In this document: piece after piece, positions 40,542 through 45,081 of the stretch
How the letters are laid out: each line of letters opens with the position of its first letter
How positions within the stretch are numbered: position 1 is the first letter of the stretch
Source: Actinomycetota bacterium
GTDB taxonomy: Bacteria; Actinomycetota; Actinomycetes; JAKEEW01
Direction of reading: 5' to 3'
Length of the DNA: 45,081 nucleotides
Assembly: GCA_046725875.1 (NCBI GenBank)
Contig: JBKOZJ010000114.1
Span: 1 to 45,081, forward strand
Made by a program: the position numbers and the translations under genes
The notes under the pieces: model-generated
The model's database searches: none
Told to the model about the DNA's origin: nothing
Seen by the model: the letters and a program-made list of their open reading frames with translations, nothing else

Positions 40542-40572
40542 GGCTAGCTGACCAACCGTGAGGTGGGTGATC

Positions 40573-40612
40573 AACAGAGAGGGCCCCGCGACCGGCGGGG
40601 CCCTCTCCTGTT
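40573..40612 (+). terminator. Intrinsic terminator-like hairpin
   Basis: aacagagagggccccgc-gaccg-gcggggccctctcctgtt, ~30 nt after the 40541 stop. Confidence 0.8.
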
Positions 40613-40742
40613 CGTCGCGCTGCACCGTTTGACCCTGATTGGTCCACATGTCGGTCTCAATGCTGACCTTTCCGCGAAGTTCCTTACCACTTGATGATCT
40701 ATTGGACTTGACGCCTCGGTAGTCCGGGCATTCGCTGGGTAA

Positions 40743-41648
40743 ATGACGCCGAGCCAGCCGCTCACAGCGGCCGCGGTGCAGGTCGCAGCGAGACCAGGAC
40801 CGCTCACCGCGGAGACTGTTAAGACGAACCTCGACAACGCGGTCGGATGGGTCGAGCGATGCGTGGACTCGAGCGGAGCCGAGCTTGTTGTGCTCCCGGA
40901 GTCCTGCACGACCGGATTCACGCCCGCTCTCTCGCCCGAAGACCTATGGGATGTCGTCACCGAGGTTCCGGGTCCGGTCAGCGAGCCGATGCAGGAAGCA
41001 GCCCGCCGGCTCGGCGCCCACCTGTGCTATGGGACGTACGAGCGGGGCGACCGGCGCGGTGTCGTGTACAACACCGCACTGCTAATAGGTCCGTCGGGGG
41101 AAATCCTCTCCTCGTACCGGAAGACCCACCTCTACAGCGGAGAGTCGGTCGCGAGCGGTGGTTGGGTCACGCCAGGCGATACGGTGGCGGTGGCAGACAC
41201 ACCGTTCGGCCGGATCGGGACGGTGATCTGCTTCGACGGTGACTATCCGGAACTCGCCCGGATCCAGGCGGTCCGGGGGGCGGCCATCCTGCTCCGCCCG
41301 TCCGCGCTGCTGCGGTCTGCTGACATCTGGGAGCTCACGACCCGAGCCCGGGCGTATGACAACCACGTCTTCGTCATTGCGGCGAACGCGGTCGGCACCG
41401 ACCCGGCCGGCACCCTCTACTTCGGGAACTCGCTCATCGTCACCCCCACCGCAGAGGTCGTCGCCCGCGGTACGACCCATGAGGGTTGGGTCAGCGCCCG
41501 GATCGATCCGGCGACCGCGATGAGCACACTGAGTCCCGGGTCCAGCCAGCCGCAGCGGTTCGACCACCTCGCCGACCGCAACGTCGCTCTCTACGAGCGG
41601 TATGTCGATGACCTTATCCGTCCCGCCCGCCACGCCTTTGGCCGTTAG
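40743..41648 (+). CDS. Carbon-nitrogen hydrolase (nitrilase-family amidase)
   Basis: Glu-Lys-Cys triad: LPES, YRKTHL, ICFD; RARAYDN, GNS. Confidence 0.93.
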   Translation: MTPSQPLTAAAVQVAARPGPLTAETVKTNLDNAVGWVERCVDSSGAELVVLPESCTTGFTPALSPEDLWDVVTEVPGPVSEPMQEAARRLGAHLCYGTYERGDRRGVVYNTALLIGPSGEILSSYRKTHLYSGESVASGGWVTPGDTVAVADTPFGRIGTVICFDGDYPELARIQAVRGAAILLRPSALLRSADIWELTTRARAYDNHVFVIAANAVGTDPAGTLYFGNSLIVTPTAEVVARGTTHEGWVSARIDPATAMSTLSPGSSQPQRFDHLADRNVALYERYVDDLIRPARHAFGR

Positions 41649-42303
41649 GTGCGGCGACCATCGAAACGAGCGGCAGGTCGTCAGCCGCGGTTAGCAGCAG
41701 AGACAGCATGATGAGGAGCGCGACGACCAGCCCACCGGGCAGCAGCAGGGCGAGGACTGCGCGGATCCGTCCCACACCTTCAAGGGAACCGACAACGTAG
41801 GTGACCACCACTAGCGCGGCCACCGGTGCCACCATGTCGACGATGGGCGTTACATCGGCAGTTGGAGCACCTAGCCGGACGACCGCACTAGGCAGAAGCA
41901 TGATCGCAGCAAGCAGTCCTACGACCTCGGTGGTGGCGTCGTGGTGACCGGAACCGCCGAGCAGGCGCGCGGTCCGGTGGATTAGGCCGCCGAGCGTCTT
42001 GAGCATGATCGCGGCGACCGCCGCGATCAGGGGTGCGAGAAATACCAGGCCAAGGGTAGGCGTGCGGTCGAGGTGCCCGTCGCCGGACCGACCGATAACA
42101 TGCATCTCGGCGGCCGCCAGGAGCAGTACCGCGGTGACTAGCCGGCGGAATCTTGAGGGCAGCCGCGCCAGCACATAGGCCAACCGTTCCTGAAGCGGCA
42201 GCGGTCGCCGGTACGGGGCGAACGCAGGGAGCACCTCGGTCACCGGGACGGTCGGCCGGTCGCCCTGACGGCGATACTGCGGCCACGCGTTGTTGCCTCG
42301 CAT
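41614..42303 (-). CDS. Hypothetical multi-pass membrane protein (Yip1-like)
   Basis: About 5 hydrophobic segments, ARLLGGSG and GRIRAV motifs reminiscent of Yip1; AAGGTGG RBS. Confidence 0.6.
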   Translation of the reverse strand: MRGNNAWPQYRRQGDRPTVPVTEVLPAFAPYRRPLPLQERLAYVLARLPSRFRRLVTAVLLLAAAEMHVIGRSGDGHLDRTPTLGLVFLAPLIAAVAAIMLKTLGGLIHRTARLLGGSGHHDATTEVVGLLAAIMLLPSAVVRLGAPTADVTPIVDMVAPVAALVVVTYVVGSLEGVGRIRAVLALLLPGGLVVALLIMLSLLLTAADDLPLVSMVAAPNGQRRGGRDG

Positions 42304-42759
42304 GGCCAGCCACCTTAGCTCCGGCTGTACTTCTCAGCGGGACCCTGACGGGCGTCAGCGATGCCTTCGCCTGTCTCTCTGCTAAGCGGTGGTGGCGCCA
42401 ACAGTTGGGTCGGTCCTTGCTCTGGGTTCTGTGGATTACGACGCTGTCCTTGACGAGGTGTCGTCGGTGTGCGCAGCGACGACCTTGTCCAGTTTGCCGG
42501 CGCATCCGGCGGGTCGCAGCTCGTACCACCTGGTTCTGGGCTCAGCCACCCATCGGTGATAGTGCGTGCCGGCGCCTAGAGACGAGCTTCGAGATGTGAA
42601 CTGACTCCGTTCCCACAGCCCCGGTGCCGCTTCAGCACTGAATGGAACGCCCGTGGGCTGGTGCTGTCGGCGCCGGTCCCGTCTCGGCTGTGCGACAAGG
42701 TAGCCCGGGTTGTTGGCTAGCCTGAGCCGGCGTTCTGTTAGGCAGCCTCTGGAGCGACC

Positions 42760-43710
42760 ATGGACAAGCTGATCCTGGCGGCGCTGCTCGCGGTGTGGGG
42801 GGTGGCCAACGCCGTCGTCGGGTACCGGTTCCACCAGGGGCGTGCCGAGTACCTGCGCCGCGGGGACTACCCGGGATCGTACTGGTCGCGAAGCCGGCGG
42901 AGCTTCCCCTACGGCCTCTACCCGCTGGCCGCGATGATGCTGCTCACCGCCGCCGACTTCGCGGCGGACGCGCTCGGGTGGCTGACGGCGCCGATCTATC
43001 TGCTCTACCTGGTCCTCATGCTCGCGCTGGCCATCACCATGATTGTGCTCATGGCGACCCGACCGGCCTGGCTTGCATCACCCCACCCCTCGGTCACGCC
43101 GCCCGCAGCACCGAAGATCATTGAGTGGTCTGACAACGGGACGGTGCACAGGCTGCCCCGACCGTTGGACGAGATGACAACAGAGGAGATCCGGGCCTGG
43201 GCACGGGAGGACCCGGCGCGGGCCAAACGCCTAGTGAAGTGGATGAAACCAGGATCCACTGACCGACCGCCGGGGTTGCGCCGACCACCCCCCGTGGTCA
43301 GTGCCGTCAACGCCGCGTTCCCGCTGGGATCCCTAGCGGCGTTCGTCTACTTCATCGCGCAGGGACAGCCGTTCTTGAAGCATTTGACCGCCAGGCAGTG
43401 CCTGATCTACGGCGCCTTCATCGTCATCCCCTGGCTGCTGTTCTGGAGATCCTCATCGCCGCCCGACGACGGCGGTCCGGCTGATGCCGCAGCCGGCCGC
43501 GCCGTCATGACTTATAACCCGCCGAATCTCACGTTCAACGCCGCCCGCTACACCGCCGACCTGCTTCTCCCGGTGGCCAATCTCGGCGAACGGGCTAAGT
43601 TCACCGCCGTCCGTGACGCTGCCTGGCTCGCTTTTGCCTACACGCCCGCCCGATGGTTGCTGGCTATCGTCCTGGTTGCCGGACTCACCGGCGCCTTCAA
43701 ACGTGACTGA
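42760..43710 (+). CDS. Hypothetical membrane protein, apparently chimeric
   Basis: GGAG RBS; N-terminal TM region with high GC3; C-terminal 43507-43710 resembles the tail of actinobacterial 'membrane-associated oxidoreductase' proteins. Confidence 0.55.
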   Translation: MDKLILAALLAVWGVANAVVGYRFHQGRAEYLRRGDYPGSYWSRSRRSFPYGLYPLAAMMLLTAADFAADALGWLTAPIYLLYLVLMLALAITMIVLMATRPAWLASPHPSVTPPAAPKIIEWSDNGTVHRLPRPLDEMTTEEIRAWAREDPARAKRLVKWMKPGSTDRPPGLRRPPPVVSAVNAAFPLGSLAAFVYFIAQGQPFLKHLTARQCLIYGAFIVIPWLLFWRSSSPPDDGGPADAAAGRAVMTYNPPNLTFNAARYTADLLLPVANLGERAKFTAVRDAAWLAFAYTPARWLLAIVLVAGLTGAFKRD

Positions 43711-43907
43711 CACTCGGCGGAGCAACCGTCGCCGAGAACTGGTCCCAGTCCCGGCGCCGGGGCCGCGCCTCCTCCAAGGAGGGTGCGGGTGACAAGGCCG
43801 ATCCGCTAGACGAGGGGCAACGGAGATCGGTCTCGATCGCCCCCTTGGCGGCGGCGGAAGGCAGGCGGATACTCGCGGCATCGAAGTATCGCTCAAGGGG
43901 GGACGTC

Positions 43908-44306
43908 ATGAACAGAACACTCCGCTTCTTGTTGCCTACAGTCGGCATCCCGGCGCTGCTGCTGGGCCTCGCCGTGCCCGCCACCGCCGACCCCAGCCGC
44001 GCTCCCCGCCTCGTCGCGGGCACCGCGGACTGCGGCTCCGATGGCACATTCGACTTCGTCGTCAACCAGAGCAATTCCGACTCGCAGTCGTGGAGTCCCG
44101 CGTTCCTCACCAGCAGCGACGGCGCCTCCGGGCTTTTCATCGGGACCAGCGTCGACCTGACCTTCACCTCGCCCGAGGGATCCTTCAGCTTCAGCGCGCA
44201 GAAAGGGGCGACGGCTGGCCCAGCGTCCTGCGACATTGAGGCGGAACTCGCGCCTGGGTTCACACTGACGGGCACGGTGACCGGAACAATCATCCTGACC
44301 GGCTAA
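43908..44306 (+). CDS. Small secreted protein
   Basis: Signal peptide MNRTLRFLLPTVGIPALLLGLAVPATA-D, two Cys, beta-rich; AAGGGGGGA RBS. Confidence 0.8.
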   Translation: MNRTLRFLLPTVGIPALLLGLAVPATADPSRAPRLVAGTADCGSDGTFDFVVNQSNSDSQSWSPAFLTSSDGASGLFIGTSVDLTFTSPEGSFSFSAQKGATAGPASCDIEAELAPGFTLTGTVTGTIILTG

Positions 44307-44429
44307 ACGGGAAGCTGCTGGCTCTCGCGGATCGATGGCGTTGTCATCGGCTACATGACCGGAAGCGACCCCGAGGTCGGCGACGTTCTCTACCACTGTG
44401 TTCAAGCCTGGGGACCGAGGACGACCCGA

Positions 44430-44702
44430 TCATGGTGGACAACGACAACCCCACCTTCGCCGGCCACAGACGCCGTGGGCATGCTCCACGCACTGGAGTC
44501 CCGGTCCGGGTGTGTCGCGGCTAGGAAGGGGTGACCGATCCCTGGGAATGGGTCCGCCACACTCGATCAGCAGGTCCGCGAGCTCGATCGGCCGACCCTG
44601 ATCGTTGATCGCGTCGACGCTGGTGAAGTAGCCGACTAGGAACTTTCCCTGCGGGGTAACCGACCGGACCCGGATGACCGCTCGGTCGTCGAGGACGATC
44701 AC
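44430..44702 (-). CDS. Small hypothetical protein or fragment
   Basis: EVIVLDDRAVIRVR...FLVGYFTSVDAI...IELADLLIE looks protein-like; 3' half looks non-coding; no RBS. Confidence 0.35.
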   Translation of the reverse strand: MIVLDDRAVIRVRSVTPQGKFLVGYFTSVDAINDQGRPIELADLLIECGGPIPRDRSPLPSRDTPGPGLQCVEHAHGVCGRRRWGCRCPP

Positions 44703-44722
44703 TTCGGCGAGATACAGGTGAC

Positions 44723-44738
44723 TAGAACGTACGTTCGA
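44723..44738. promoter_or_regulatory. LexA (SOS) box
   Basis: tagaacgtacgttcga matches the actinobacterial consensus TCGAAC-N4-GTTCGA at 11/12 conserved positions; TACCGT -10 at 44746 and ATG at 44758. Confidence 0.85.
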
Positions 44739-44757
44739 TTAGCGGTACCGTCCAGGC

Positions 44758-45078
44758 ATGGGCACCACTCGCCGCCGGGCCGACCCTGAGCGAATCATCA
44801 CCGCCCGGCTCGCAGGCACCTCCGCCCGCTACGTGAGCCGGGAGCCGTTGGACGTCGATGCCGCGGTGGCGGAGCTGCGGGAGATCGCCCAGGGTCGCGG
44901 CGATCTGGTGGCCGAACAGGCCGGGATCATCCTCGGCACCGCTGAGCGCGACGCGAGGGACGGCATATGGCCACAGCGGGCACTCCAGGCCGCGCTGATC
45001 CTCGCCGCGGGCGCCGACCTGACCCGGCTCACCGAATGGATCGCCGAGGGGGAACGGCGGGCGCAGCGGATCCGCTAG
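44758..45078 (+). CDS. Small alpha-helical hypothetical protein, probably SOS-inducible
   Basis: 106 aa with good GC3 bias; AVAELREIA.GRGDL.AE.AG and AAGAD...W..EG.RRA motifs; leaderless start. Confidence 0.8.
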   Translation: MGTTRRRADPERIITARLAGTSARYVSREPLDVDAAVAELREIAQGRGDLVAEQAGIILGTAERDARDGIWPQRALQAALILAAGADLTRLTEWIAEGERRAQRIR

Positions 45079-45081
45079 ACG

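Noticed and set aside
42304..42759. Overlapping short ORFs between the two membrane genes
   Set aside because: No codon bias or motif in any frame
41650..45081. Intact mobile element or prophage
   Set aside because: No integrase, transposase or phage structural gene in the window; only circumstantial signs

Overview
High-GC actinomycete chromosomal window. The first 24 kb is the conserved housekeeping block pyrK'-pyrD-pyrF, mihF-gmk-rpoZ-coaBC-metK-priA, def, fmt-rsmB-rpe, FMN riboswitch-ribD-ribE-ribBA-ribH and a PH-domain gene. A SWIM+SNF2 pair and a BtuF-like binding protein sit between pyrF and mihF, and hisE-hisG is reduced to a fused ~250-bp deletion scar. From 24.8 to 41.6 kb lies a self-contained catabolic locus: Mo-enzyme maturation genes (CoxD/CoxE/XdhC/MocA-like), a DUF2877-FdrA-DUF1116 (AllH/F/G-like transcarbamylase) operon divergent from a PucR regulator, a three-subunit molybdenum hydroxylase with a non-CO PYRGAGR loop, CoxG and a nitrilase-family amidase. 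A hidden remnant of an NCS2 (UraA-type) permease between pucR and the hydroxylase points to a nucleobase substrate. My best candidate for an undescribed system is an oxidative pyrimidine pathway that recovers carbamoyl phosphate; this is an inference. The last 3.5 kb is a patchwork of accessory and fragmentary genes ending in a leaderless small gene with a near-perfect LexA box. Several degenerate palindromic repeats are also present. All protein family assignments come from motif recognition by eye; no searches were run.
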